64,000 nt of DNA from Sminthopsis crassicaudata. Lineage: Eukaryota. A program made the position numbers and the translations under genes. A model generated the notes under the pieces. It had not been told where the DNA came from. It did no database searches and worked only from the letters and a program-made list of their open reading frames with translations. Location: positions 72,108,852 to 72,172,851 of the forward strand of contig NC_133620.1 of the NCBI RefSeq assembly GCF_048593235.1. The letters run 5' to 3'. Positions 11,770-24,446 of this stretch are shown piece after piece; the stretch's first letter is position 1, and each line of letters opens with the position of its first letter.

Positions 11770-12655
11770 TTTTTAAAAAATTTTAAATAATAGCTTTTTA
11801 TTATCAAAATATATGCACAGGTAGTTTTCAACATTCACACTTGTAAAACTTTGTATTCCAAATTTTTCTCCCTCTCTTCCCTCATCACCTCCCCATGACA
11901 GCTAGCAATCTAATATATGTTAAGCATGTACAATTCTTCTATACATATTTCCATATTTATTGTGCTGCACAAGAAAAATCAGATCAAAAAGGGGAAAATT
12001 GATAAAAAGTAAGCAAACAACAACAAAAAAAGTAAAAATACTATGTTGTGATACACATTCTGTCTCAACAGTCTTTTTTCTGGATGCAGATGACTCTCCA
12101 CAAATTTGTAGGAATTGATCTGAATTGCCTCATTTGTTGAAAAGAGCCATGTGTATCAGAATTGATTTTTCCATAATCTTATTGTTGCTGTGTACAATAT
12201 TCTCTTGGTTTTACTCACTTACTTAGCATTAGTTCATGTAATTCTCTCCAGGCCTTTCTGAAATTGTCCTGCTGATCATTTCTTACAGAATAATAATATT
12301 CCAGAACATTCATATACTATAACTTATTCAGCCATTCTCCAACTGATGGGCATTCACTCAGTTTCCAGTTTCTTGCCACTACAGAAATGGCTGCTACAGA
12401 CATTTTTGCACATATGTATTCTGAGATACAGGTCCAATAAAGATACTGCTGGATCAGAAGATATGCACAGTTTGATAGCCCTTTAGACATAGTTCCAAAT
12501 TGCTCTTCAGAATGGTTGGATCATACATTAGTCTCAGTTTTCCCATATCCCCTCTAATATTTATCATTATCTTTTTCTGTCATCTTAGCCAATGTGAGAG
12601 ATGTATAGTGGTACCTCAAAATTGTCTTAATTTGTATTACTCTGATCAGTAGTGA
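11770..12655 (-). mobile_element. 5'-truncated L1 (ORF2 C-terminal remnant and 3' UTR)
   Basis: Reversed 3' UTR followed by ttcagccattctccaactgatggg...gatactgctggatcagaag...agtggtacctc. Confidence 0.85.
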
Positions 12656-13329
12656 AAATCACAGGATTTTACAAAAGAATATTTCTTTCATCTTTTGAAA
12701 TTGGAAGTAATCATGTTTACTTTTTATTTCCTTCTATCCTAAAAATATGAAAAAAAAACTATTGAATAATTAAACATTTGAAGTAATATCATAAGTCTAG
12801 GTCCTATGGTTCCTCTACCCCTGCTTCTAGACTTACTTTTTCTAGAAGAACTACCTCAGCATCACAGGATAACTCATTTTTAAGAGTTATCCTGAGAGAA
12901 AAGGGGATTTTTCCAACTTGATGGCAATCATTCTGATATTTAGTGGTGTAATAACCAAGTCATATTTTCTTGGGCCTAATCAGAGTATCTTAAAGTCTAA
13001 ACCTTTTTTTGCCAATGGTAAGAAACTTATGTACTCCTTGAGATCAGTTTTTTTTTTAAATTCCCAGAGTTCTTTATTTCCCACACCTCTTTTCATCTTG
13101 GCTGTTGGCCTGAGACCCAGAATATTTTTTTAAATATCTAAAATGTAGAAAATCTGGTATGAGCATAATGCTATTATAAGTAATCAGTCAGTTTTGAATG
13201 TAATTAACAATTTACTTTGTGGTTCTTATCTCTTAATATACCCCAATTTCCACGTAAAATTTTTAATATTCATACTATGTGACAGATTCTTATTTAGTTT
13301 ATGACTCTTTATGACACCAGAAATATGTA

Positions 13330-14050
13330 CCAAGTTTATTCATTTCAACCAACCCACTGAATTAATTAAATAGTTATTGTGTACAAAGTGTTAGAGATTC
13401 TAAGACAAAATAAAGTGATCCTTATGTTCAAAGACTTTACTGAGGGAAATAAAACACATTCTCATTTGAAGGAATGGAGAGAAAAGGAGTGGGGGTGGTA
13501 GAGGAATAAGAGAAAGGAACAGAAAGATCTGTCTGAAAGACAGGTGAAAAGGGAGGTCAATTCAGGCATGAAATTCTTCCGCCATGGAAAAGAGATAATA
13601 AAAGAAGATATATTTAACTTGGAGAAAAAACTAGGAGACCACTTTAGCTGGAACATAGATTATGGTTTGAAATATTTAAAAAGATAGGTGTTAACCATAT
13701 TGTGGAAATCTTTATATACCAAATTGAAGAATTTGTGTATTAATCCTGTATGAAATAGGAAATCCCCTAAGGTTTTTGAAAAGGGATGTGCCATGGTTGG
13801 ATTTGTGTTTTGGGAAGATTAAGTTGGTAACTGTGATGAGAATGGATTGGCGGGAGGGAAGACTGAAGTAGGGAGACTTGTCCTATTCCTGGTGAGATGT
13901 TATGAGGCCTGAAGTAGGATACTTGAGAGCTGTTGTAGAGATAGAATTGACAAGATGTGAAAACTGATGAGCTGTGTGAGATGAGAGGAAGAAAGCGTCA
14001 TAGAAAAGAAAGATTATATTTTTCCATGTAGCCTCAGAAGACAGAACTAG
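13330..14050 (-). mobile_element. LINE-2 fragment
   Basis: L2 3' tip (attcatttcaacc...tgtgtacaaagtg) followed by purine-rich degenerate L2 body. Confidence 0.55.
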
Positions 14051-14979
14051 AATTATTTCATTCAAGTTACAACGAGGAAAATTTATGAATGTTGTAAAGA
14101 AATGCATCCTAATAATTAGATCTGTCTCTCGAAGTAGAATGGGCTACCTTACAAGATGGCCACCAGTCTTTTTTAATGAAGACAGTTTGAAGCAATGAAT
14201 GCTAGGTACCTGGAAGGAAGGTAGCAGTACTCTTTAGAGCAATATATAGGAGGCTAAACTAGAGAAAAGAATAGTGGTGATTTGAGAAGTGAAGTAGGTG
14301 GTGGATAACAGATCTCATTTTTTTCCAGTCAAATAAAAGATACAAGGCAAGTGGTATAGGAGGAAAAGAGAAGAGAACATTTGCACTATGATTATCAATC
14401 ATGGAAGAATAAAAAGATTGCCATGTAGTTGTGAGAGCCAAGTTGAAATTAGATAGTATGAATTTGTAAGGGATCTACTTAGGAAAAGTTGTATAACTTA
14501 TCCAGTGATATTAAATAGCATTTAAGAAGAAGAGAGAAGTTCAATGGTGGAGTATCTGAGAGTTGCAATATAACAGGGAGTGATTGAGGGTAAGAGGACA
14601 AGAGATTGAAGTGCTCTTCAGGGTTCAGTTGAAGTGTTTGACGGTAGAGTCAAAAATTAATAGACAAAGCTTTTAAAAAAAACACTACACATTTCACACA
14701 AAAAAAATTAAATCAAAAGAATTAGGAAAAAAATGCAACATTGATTTTAAAATATGATGTGATTTGCCAAGATGGAATTGCATAATCTTGAAGAATGTGC
14801 CCTATTTATTGATGATATCTTCAATTAATATGTTTGTATTTATGATAGCAGCTATATCTTAGAATGGGCTTGAAGATCAAAAAATTAAAGTAAGATGTTC
14901 ACTTTGAAATACCAGCTCAGTTGTGTCTTAAGTGATTTTTTATTATTATTTTTATTAGATATCTTTATTAGAATTATCT

Positions 14980-16486
14980 GGTGGTAGAGCCAAGATGGCA
15001 GAAAAAAGCCAGCAAATTCCTTTAACTCTCCCTAGAATTCCTTCAAAAATTGTTAAATAATGCCATTAAAAAAATTCCTAGAACAGCAGAACCCACAAAA
15101 GGATGGACTGAAATAATTTTCCAGCCAAAGACAACTTAGTATGTTAGCAGGAAAGGTCCGTCTTACCTGGGTGAAAGTGGAACATTGAGTAAGCCACTGA
15201 ATCACCAGTGGCAGCAACTGCTTTCAGAACTCTCAGCCATTGATGATAAAGGGGTTGAATAACTGATAGGAGATTTACAGGCATCTTTTTGCTAATAATG
15301 AGGCAGGACTCTTTTGCATTGCCCATACTCAGAGATGAGTTGCAGTCCTGGGTGGCAGTCCCAGAGTAAGGAGGAACACTAGCTTGCCAGAGTTTGTGAC
15401 CACAGTGGGGCAGGGATCCTCATCACAGTTCCAGCCATAGCAGTAAAGAGTGCTTGTGGTCACTCACAGACCAGAGCATAGGCCAGGAAAATAGTAAATA
15501 CACCTCTCCTTACATCATACCACCTTGTATGAACTGAAAACTTCCCTTGGAGTAGGTCTGAAAGCAGCTGCACAAAATCCCTGAAATTTGAGACAGTGCA
15601 CTCTCCATCCTGGAAGCAGAGCTTCACTTTAACAAAGAGTTAATAGTCAAGAAATAGGTTTGGAAAATGAGCAAATAAGAACAAAAAAATTCTGATCATA
15701 GAACATTACTATGGTAGTAGCTCGATGGTGCAGTGGATAGAGCACTGGCCCTGAAATCAGGAGGATCTGAGTTCAAATGTAACCTCAGATACTTAACACT
15801 TCTTAACAATGTGACCCAAAGTGACACTTAAACCCCAGTTGCCTCTCAAAAATTATTATGGTGACAAGGAAGATCAAAACACATATTCAGAAGAAAACAG
15901 AATCAAAATTCTACTTCTAAACCTTCCAGGAAAAATTAGAATTGGTCTCAGCACATGGAAGAATTCAGAAAGGGTTTTGAAAATCAAGTAAAGGAGGTGG
16001 AGAAAAAATTGGGAAGAGGAATAAGAGGGATGCAAGGAAACCATGAAAAAAAGTCAACAGCTTAGTAAAGAAGACACACAAAAATACTGAAGATAATAAC
16101 ACTTAGGAAAACAGGCTAAATGGTAAAAGAGGTATAAAAGCCAAAGAAGAGAAAAATGCCTTGGAAAAACAGAATTGGTCACATGGAAAAAAGACAAAAA
16201 TGAACTGAAGAAAAAACCCTTTTAAAAGTAGAATTAGCTAAATGGAAAAGGAATACAAAAGCTCACTGAAGAAAATAATTCCTTAACAATTAGGATTGAA
16301 CAAATGGAAGCTAGTAACTTGATGAGAAAGCAAGAAACAAATAAGCACAATTATACATGTATAATCTATATTGAATTGTTTGCCGTCTCAATGAGAAGGT
16401 TCTAGGGAGGGAGAAAATTTGGTATTCAAAAGTATTAAAAAAAAAAATGGTAACAATTGTTTTTACATCCAATTGGAAAAATACTA
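14980..16486 (+). mobile_element. Internally deleted L1: 5' UTR and partial ORF1 joined to the 3' UTR
   Basis: Starts GGTGGTAGAGCCAAGATGGCAG; degraded ORF1 at about 15660-16345; then the L1 tail. 13-bp TSD ATTAGAATTATCT (14967-14979) and ATTAGCATGATCT (16487-16499). Confidence 0.75.
15715..15851 (+). mobile_element. WSINE1-like CORE-SINE nested in L1 ORF1
   Basis: A box GGTGCAGTGGATAG, B box GAGTTCAAAT; 10-bp TSD ATTACTATGG (15705-15714) and ATTATTATGG (15852-15861). Confidence 0.8.
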
Positions 16487-16548
16487 ATTAGCATGATCTC
16501 TCCCACCCTCAAATAAATTATATACTTTGCCTCCACATCCATTTGTAG

Positions 16549-16754
16549 ATATAGACCAGAACCTGATGGATCGCCTCCAGAGGGTCAATAATACCCTCTC
16601 CAGTCAAATCAGTAGATTACAGAATATCCGTAACACTGTGGAAGAAACCGGAAATTTAGCTGAGCAAGCCCGCACTCGAGTCGAGAGCACAGAAAGACTT
16701 ATTGAAATCGCTTCCAGAGAATTGGAGAAAGCAAAAGTGGCCATTGCCAACGTG
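16549..16754 (+). CDS. LAMC1: Laminin gamma-1 exon 19 (206 nt)
   Basis: tgtag|ATATA, CGTG|gtgagt; IDQNLMDRLQRVNNTLSSQISRLQNIRNTVEETGNLAEQARTRVESTERLIEIASRELEKAKVAIANV. Confidence 0.96.
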
Positions 16755-17729
16755 GTGAGTTTCTCTGTTGGAATTTGTGCCAGGGATGTCTGCCATATGG
16801 ACTGGCAGTGTATTTGTTAATGGGGGAGGGGGGAGTCATAAGCTAATTTTACTCTTATTTCTATCTATAGATCTCCATAATCACAACTTTAGACTTTGAG
16901 AGCTTAAGTGGACTTGGGAAGAGAGTGTCACCTATTTTAATTTACTTTGTGTTACAGAAATTGAGAGACCTCAGGCAGTTGAGAAACTTGCGTGAGGGCA
17001 CCCACCAAGGCCTTTCAGAATAGGCCCAGCATTCTCATTTCTCTTTTCCTTATTCTTCTACATAACCTTCCCTTTTGTTATAATGAAATAGAGCTTTAGT
17101 AGCACTGCCCATAAAGCAGCTAAGAAATAAGCCTTGTTTTGTTTTGCTGGCTTCTCTTTCTATGCCACAGGGAAATCTAGCGTTCTTCTCTCCTTTTGTG
17201 AAGATAGGAATGATACTTGGGTTCCATAAATATCCACTATACAAATATGGAATAGGAGAGACCTGGCTCGGCAACTTTATTTAAAGAAGACCCGATTCTT
17301 TTAATTGACTTATAAGTTCAATATGAATCAACAGATGACACAAAGTTAGTTTCCCTTTGCTTCCTAATGGGTTGGAGTAGGATAGAATGGCATTTATTAA
17401 GCACTCACCATTTGTTGAACACTAAATACAAGTTATTAAATTAAAATGGTCCCTGCTCTAAAGATTTCATATGCTGATTGGGAGAAACATCACAGATTTG
17501 AATTCTGGCTCAGGAAAGTTGGAAATACCTGTTGATCACTTTGGATTTTGTGATAGTTTATTGATAGCAAGTCCCAGGAGTCTTTTGGGTGCAGAGTTGG
17601 AAAGGATAATTGCTGGTGAAACTTGGGTAGGTGGGGTTTGGTCTGGGCTTCTTGAGGAAAGAAGGGAATGGAAGAATAGTGTTGAAACCAAGAGAGTTGT
17701 TAATCCCATGATATTCTGTACAAGTCATA

Positions 17730-18190
17730 TCACAGTATGAATTATTAAATTTACTTTTGTATGCCATATTTTGAGAGGAGTATTAAGCTAAAATGTATTT
17801 GGTGTATGATTAAGATGCTAAAGGAATTGGAAACTGTTTCATATGATGAATGGCCAAAGTTACTAGAGATATTTAGCCTAGAGAAAAGACTTAATAGGGC
17901 TGGAGTCACTGACATCAAATACTTATTTGAAGAATTACTGTATGGAAGAGCCTAAAAAGGAGAACTTGGAACTGGTAGTATTTAGAAGTTAAAATGCAGC
18001 AATATCAATTCAATATGCGGGAAAACTTCTAATAATTGTCTGAAAATGGAATAGTCTACTTCTCAATGCTCCTTTTGCTGACTGTATTCAAGCAGAGGTT
18101 GGATGAATAATTATTGAATATGTGTTGCAAGGAAAAGAGGTTCATGTTTCAGAGATACAAGAATTGGGTGATCTATGAAATTTCTTTGAA
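17730..18190 (+). mobile_element. L3/CR1 3' fragment
   Basis: tttagcctagagaaaagac (FSLEKR motif) and the CR1 3' end ttcaagcagaggttggatga. Confidence 0.7.
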
Positions 18191-18394
18191 CTCTGATTTG
18201 TCTTTTCTATATTTTATTTTAACATATTTTATTTTAAAATATACTATATTTTATATAATATAAATCTTTGGAAGGGTGAAAATGTTGCCAAATAATATTT
18301 AACACTGACATTTACAAACACTTTTGTTATTTAAATTTATACAGTTCAGTTTTCTATGAAAGTAAGTCCAGTTTTTGTTTTATTTTGTTTTCAG

Positions 18395-18474
18395 TCAATT
18401 ACCCAACCAGATTCTACTGGCGATCCTAACAACATGACTCTATTGGCAGAAGAAGCTCGTAAACTTGCTGAACG
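18395..18474 (+). CDS. LAMC1: Laminin gamma-1 exon 20 (80 nt)
   Basis: ttcag|TCAAT, AACG|gtaatt; SITQPDSTGDPNNMTLLAEEARKLAE. Confidence 0.95.
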
Positions 18475-20128
18475 GTAATTTATAGATTTATCAACAAAGT
18501 TTATTATCTGTCCACCCCACATTTCTGTATTTTTCCCCTGTGTAACCAACTTTTAGTAAATTAGATTTCTTTCCTAATTTTTTTTTCTTTTGTCACAATA
18601 CAGTTATTGTTACTGTTGCTGTTATTCTTTCCTTTGTAAAATCAGTGTAAAATATCTTTCTTAGAGCTCAGAGTGTTTGGGAGCATTTAGGACATTCTAA
18701 TATTTTTGTATTGACTCAAACATGGCTAAACTTAGAAACTTATAATTCAGATATATTTGTTCTTGGCTGTATGGTATGCATCTCTTTGTGGATTTCTCTT
18801 CATGATAATTGAGTTCTTAATTGTTGAACCACCCAAAGTTTCACAATTGAAATCTTGTGTTCACTTACATGATTCTGAGGTGCTTTCAGGGAGGGGAGAG
18901 AGGGAAGGGAAGACTCTGTGAATGAAGAAGGAATCCATCACACCAAAACTAATAACAAATGAACCAGATCCCTCATAATAGTGTCAGAAGAAATCTTTAG
19001 GGACCTTCATTGTTGAGATAACACATTTTTTCCTGACATCCAGTTGATCTTGCATTGAGAGAAGGTACAGAAGTAGTTTTTTTTCATAAGTATAGAGCCT
19101 CAGGAAATCAGGCTGAAAGATGTGAAAGCTGGTCTACTTAGAATGGAATTTTTAAGAAATGTCATTATGATAGCTCTGGAACATAAGCAGTATTTTCAAG
19201 AAGGCTAACAAAGTGGTACATATTTGAGGCTTTGGGGGACTTGCTATTTGCAATTTGTTTTAATTATAATTCATTGCTTCTGAATTAATTTTGAATCCTT
19301 GAATTTAGCTTATCTCAAGTTTAAAGATTTAACCCAATATGCATTTTATTTGTTTATACTGTTAATTTACTAAAGAAATCATTTCATCCCACAAAAGTAG
19401 TTAAAGGAATTCAATTTGTACCAGCTTCTGTCCAGATTATTACAAATTCCAGACTGGTGAGATTTTATAGTATTTCAGGAGTTTTTGCTGAATTCATTGA
19501 CCTTTTTTTTTTTTAAACATTAAGAATTATTCTGTTTCCAGTTCATATTTTTAGAGAATGGTACAAAATTATGTAATACATAAGTAATATAGGAACTTAG
19601 CTCCTGTAATAATTTATCTTATTTTGACAGACATAGTTATTGCTAGCTGTACATGATTAAAAAAAAATTAGGGTGTTTTGGGATTTTGCTTGTTTCATGA
19701 GCATCTAATCTTAACAATTTATATTTATGAATTTGCCTATCTGGATTTACTGATGTAACCTTAGAGTTAGCTGATAAATATTGAAGTCATGCTATATTAT
19801 CTCTGAAGTCACTAATGATTTTGGAAAGATGTATCTATACTGTTCATTTGTGAAACTTTTCTTAATGTACTATTATTGGGAGCAGGGTTGTCTTGGTTTG
19901 ACTGATATTAAAATCAGCCAAGGAATAGCATTAATAAAACAATAATCTTAAATTTTTGTTCTAATACAAGTTAATATCTTATTCTTGTTGTGATACCTTT
20001 GTCTGAGACACTTTTTAGTAGTTTTATTGAAATGTTTTATGGAGCTGGGATAAGCAATTTTTTCCCCCTAGGGACATTCTTATGTCTGCTTCTATTTTTA
20101 TGGAATTGTTTTTCTTTTTCTGTCACAG

Positions 20129-20266
20129 ACATAAAAAAGAAGCTGATGACATTGTACGGGTAGCCCAAGACAGCCAATGATACATCAACTGAAGCCTATA
20201 ATCTACTCTTAAGGACTCTGGCTGGAGAGAATCAAACAGCAAATGAAATTGAAGAACTAATAGGAA
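20129..20266 (+). CDS. LAMC1: Laminin gamma-1 exon 21 (138 nt) with an apparent +1/-1 indel pair in this assembly
   Basis: cacag|ACATA, GGAA|gtgagt. Reads HKKEADDIVRVA, then an extra C at about 20164-20166 gives TGA at 20178-20180. The shifted frame reads KTANDTSTEAYNLLLRTLAGENQTANEIEEL, then one base is missing at about 20258-20260. Net length is the expected 138. Confidence 0.88.
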
Positions 20267-20277
20267 GTGAGTCTAAT

Positions 20278-20557
20278 NNNNNNNNNNNNNNNNNNNNNNN
20301 NNNNNNNNNNNNNNNNNNNNNNNNNNNNNNNNNNNNNNNNNNNNNNNNNNNNNNNNNNNNNNNNNNNNNNNNNNNNNNNNNNNNNNNNNNNNNNNNNNNN
20401 NNNNNNNNNNNNNNNNNNNNNNNNNNNNNNNNNNNNNNNNNNNNNNNNNNNNNNNNNNNNNNNNNNNNNNNNNNNNNNNNNNNNNNNNNNNNNNNNNNNN
20501 NNNNNNNNNNNNNNNNNNNNNNNNNNNNNNNNNNNNNNNNNNNNNNNNNNNNNNNNN
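20278..20557. other. Assembly gap (280 N)
   Basis: Run of N in intron 21, starting 11 nt after the exon 21 donor boundary. Confidence 1.
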
Positions 20558-21224
20558 AATTCTGGTGTACCTGGAGCATGTTCTGGATAATCTTTTACTT
20601 CGTGCTTTTGAAATGCCCTATTAACATTTAGGTCAGGGAAGTGGAACTAAGGTAATCTACTTGATTCCTTATTGGAATTCCAGTTAAAGGAATAAGTAAT
20701 CAAAGCATTTAAGCTGCTTAAAAAAATAAATAAATAAATAGAAACATATGAGATAGCCGTGGTAAGTATGGAGGCAAGAAGAAAATATGATAATGGTCAT
20801 TGAAATATGATATTGGTCATTGAAAAAAGAAAAGTAATTTGAATTTAAACTAAAATAATAGGATAAAATTTAGATTTAATTAGGTATTAATATTAAATAC
20901 AATTTTAACAGATCACTGGCATTTTGCTGTATTATATTCTGCCAGTTGTATCCCAACCACTTTCACCAGTACCTTGGATACTAGGCACTTCGTTGAGAAA
21001 AGTTGATATAGTGAAGATGCTTTCACAAATATTGAAATCTGTTCCAGTTCTATTAATATTTTCTAACTGTACCATTAAATTAGAAAAAAATTGTTAAAAC
21101 GTTTCCTCTGGTTATTTTTGTTCCGTTTTTCCTACTTTTTTTAGTCATGTTTTAAATGTGCTTTTTAGCTTGTCTCGGAGTTTTCTCAAACAAGTGCTAT
21201 CTTTATTATTAAGCTCGCAGATGT

Positions 21225-21385
21225 GTTATTGTCTAGAGTTTTGGACTTGAAATCAGGAGTTGAAATCCTAATCTAGATACCCTAGGGGCAGTCACCTAAC
21301 CTCTCTCAGATTGTTTTCCCTTATAAAATGGGAGTAAGAATAGTACCTACCTCCCAGGTTGTTATGAGGAAAAACTAAATAAATG
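21225..21385 (+). mobile_element. MIR
   Basis: ggggcagtcacctaacctctctcag...taaaatgggagtaagaatagtacctacctcccaggttgttatgagg. Confidence 0.7.
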
Positions 21386-21399
21386 CTAGTTGCTGTTAT

Positions 21400-22030
21400 T
21401 GTCTTTTTCTTTAAACCCACCCTTTCTCCTCACTTCCCTATTTCTATTGGGGTAACTCCCTCCCCCTCCCAGGAATCACTCTTTATTTTCACTTCCATCA
21501 CTTTCTTTCACACTCACACCAAAGTCATCCTGACCTTTCACCCAGATTATTGTAGTGGCCTCCTAATTGTTCTCCCTGCATCTAATCCATTTTCCTTGTA
21601 GCTGCCAAATGGATATTCTTAAAGTACTGCCCTGTTTAAAAAGCTTCAGTGATGCCCTGGGACCCTTTGCCAAAATTCAGGCTCCTATATTTGACATTGA
21701 AAACCATTTGACTCTTCCTCTTTTTCCAGGCTGGTTTCATGTTAGTCCCTCTCTTGTATGCTCTGTTGTATGCAAATCAGCCTGCCTGCTGTTCTTCTTG
21801 CTTGCTAGTTTGTCTCCTGCATTGTACTTTGCACAGTTCTTTCCTGATTTCCCCTCATCTATAATTTCTCAGCAGAGAAACTTCCATTGGCTTTGGAAGA
21901 GGGAATTCCCTCACCTGCAAATTACCTGTTCCAGTGAAATCCTGTGTCTGTCCCTATCCCCATGTGTACTTATCTCAACACATTGTCTTTTTACCTCTAC
22001 CCTCCACTTAGTAGTAGAGGGCAAACTCCA
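21400..22030 (+). mobile_element. LINE-2 fragment
   Basis: Pyrimidine-rich L2 3' body (ccagattattgtagtggcctcctaattgttctccctgc). Confidence 0.6.
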
Positions 22031-22175
22031 GCTTTAATTTAAAGAGGTGGGGCCCTTTTCACTTTTGTACAGGACCTAACTAGGAGAAGGCAATTAACGT
22101 TTGTAGGTTGATTGTATTACAGAGACTCTTAAGAGTGCCAATTATTAGTTAAATTTTGTTTTTTTTGTTCCTTAG

Positions 22176-22320
22176 ATATGAACAAGCGAAAAACCTCTCC
22201 CGAGATCTGGAAAAGCAGGCTACCCGAGTGCATGAAGAAGCAAAACGAGCTGGAGACAAAGCTGTCGAGATTTATGCTAGTGTTGCCCAGCTGACACCTG
22301 TGGATTCTGTGGCCCTTGAG
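22176..22320 (+). CDS. LAMC1: Laminin gamma-1 exon 22 (145 nt)
   Basis: cttag|ATATG, TGAG|gtatgg; YEQAKNLSRDLEKQATRVHEEAKRAGDKAVEIYASVAQLTPVDSVALE. Confidence 0.96.
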
Positions 22321-22689
22321 GTATGGAGTCTATATGCATATGTGCATGCACATATATATGAACAGGGGTATCAAGTACCCTGAGGGATAAGAAATCTTCT
22401 TGTCTTGTACCCTCTGTGCACATTGGCCACACCTTACAAGAACTGAGCCCAATTATTATTACAAATTTAATAATAACTTTTTGCAGTTTCTCTGTTTCTA
22501 GAAAGTCATTCACACTTAACACTCCCTTAAACAAAGTTTGTTGAAAAAAGCAATATTTGTTGAAGTCATTTTAAAAATTAAATCATATTTTTAAATGTAA
22601 TGCTATTTCTGATCATTTAAATAATTACTGTTGAATAGTAAAAAACCATTTAATTTTGTGACAAAACTTTTACAAAAGCAAAATACTTT

Positions 22690-23825
22690 TATCCAAATAG
22701 GTCCCCTATATCTCTAGCGGCTTGCTCTATATGCCCACCTAGGATGTCCTGCCTACACCTTTACTGCAACATATCTGAAATCAAACCTCTCTTCCTCACC
22801 AAATCTGCCCTCTCTAAATTTACCTGTTTCTTTTTTAGCTATAAATGTCCTTTAAACAAGCCCGCACAGAGGTAGATTATTGGGTTGGGATTCAGGTACA
22901 ACGATCTTTAGATTATGTCTCAGATACTTAGTAGATATATGACCTTGGACGAGTCATTTAATCTGTCTCAATTTCCTCATCTGTAAAATGGGAATAATAT
23001 TAATACTTATCTCACTGGGTAGTTCTGAGGATCAAATGAAATTACACATATAAACCTTTTTGTTGACTTTAAAGCAATTCTCTATCATTATTATCAAAGT
23101 CATCCAGGCTTGGAAGGTTTAAGTAATCCTTGACTCTTCTCTTTCTCTTGTTCCACGTATCCAGTTAGTTACCAAGTTTTGTGAACTCTTTTCACACATC
23201 TTTTGCTTTCTCTTCTCTTCTGTACATTAACATGTATACCATGCCAGTTCATGCCTTCATTAACTCTTGTCTGCCCCACTACTATAGATTCTTAATTGAT
23301 CTCCTTGCACCTATCCTCTCTTTCCAGTCTATTCTAATTTAAGGAACAATAAACTCCTTCACGGTACAAGTCCATCACTCAGTCACTTCCCTGCTCAAAC
23401 ATCTTTAATAATGCCCTATTCCCTGACAATAAAAAATAAATCCTCAGCCTCAAAGGCACCCTGCAGTCTTTCTGCTAGTTACCTTGACATATTTCATGAC
23501 TGACATGGAAGGTTTGTTCTGGCAACCCAGCCTGTTTCCCTCTCGCAGATTTATAGATTTGCATAATCTTTATCTGGTTTTAAGGCTTAGTTTAGGTGTC
23601 ATTTCTGGGTAGATTTCTGATTTCCACCTTTTCCCACCACTTTTGGCTAAAATCGTTCTCTTCCTCCTCAAAAGGCACTTTATCCAACTTTTGCCCATTT
23701 TCATATATGTTGCACATTCATGCATGTCATGTTCCACTCTCACTCTCCAGTGAACTACAGATTCCTGGGAGACAGGTTATTTTTATTTTTTATCCCCAAC
23801 TGTCTAGCCCACGGCCATGTATTAT
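22690..23825 (+). mobile_element. LINE-2 fragment interrupted by a MIR (about 22870-23095), with the LTR inserted at its 3' tip
   Basis: Typical L2 segments (atatctgaaatcaaac, catccaggcttggaagg, ccactactatagattcttaattgatctcc); MIR CORE tatgaccttggacgagtcatttaatc. Confidence 0.6.
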
Positions 23826-24446
23826 TGATGAGGTAATAGGGAACCTCAAAAATGATGAGGTAACTTGAACCAAATCACGAGATAAATACCTAATAATGAG
23901 GTACATACCTCAATAGGATTAAGGGAGGTCTAGTGGCAGGATTCGGGGTACAGGGAGTCACATGGAGCTCCCCTGCATCCCCTTAGGATTCGGCGCAAGG
24001 ATACAAAGTTAAATCAGGTCTAGTGGCGGCGAGAGTCCCCTGTAAATGAATTTACAGGCCGAAAACCTAGATGGGTAAAAGATGTTTATTGCAGGGTTTG
24101 GAAGCAAGGTTAAGGTCTGGTTAGCAAAAGGCATTAGATAGAAGAAGATACATTTCGGCGGGGACAGAGCATCTCTGATGCGAGCATCTTGGCTGGCATC
24201 TTTCAAATCTCTGAACCAAAGATGGTTCTAGCTTTGCTCTTTTTATCTGCTTGAAGAAGTAATGGGCGGAGCTCAGGTTAATTCCTAGAAGGCCAGATTT
24301 TGGCGGGCTTTATCCAAGCCAGCTCAGAGCCGGTGGGGGGCTGGGTACAAGCCCAGATTAGTTTGACCAGATCTTGTATCAAAGTCCAAGTCCCAAAGGA
24401 AGTTGTAGATCAAACAAGGAATACCAAGGGGCTACCGCCCTCAACA
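23826..24446 (-). mobile_element. Solo LTR, ERV1-like, antisense to LAMC1 (621 bp)
   Basis: Minus strand begins TGTTGA and ends CATCA. 4-bp TSD TTAT at 23822-23825 and 24447-24450. Minus-strand GC box (24264-24270), TATA-like AGATAAAAA (24240-24248) and AATAAA (24085-24090) are in U3-R-U5 order. No PBS or PPT in the flanks. Confidence 0.8.

Noticed and set aside
16543-16554. In-frame alternative acceptors 6 nt into exon 19 (ATATAG) and 9 nt into exon 27 (GCTTCACAG, 31186-31194)
   Set aside because: Downstream AGs are expected by chance. The upstream AG gives the expected exon length in both cases, and usage cannot be judged without RNA data.
20232-20590. ORF-track ORFs of 115 and 107 aa
   Set aside because: They consist almost entirely of X from the N gap.
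20783-20825. 20-bp tandem duplication (AAATATGATAATGGTCATTG twice, one mismatch)
   Set aside because: Only two copies; an ordinary slippage duplication, not an array or CRISPR-like structure.
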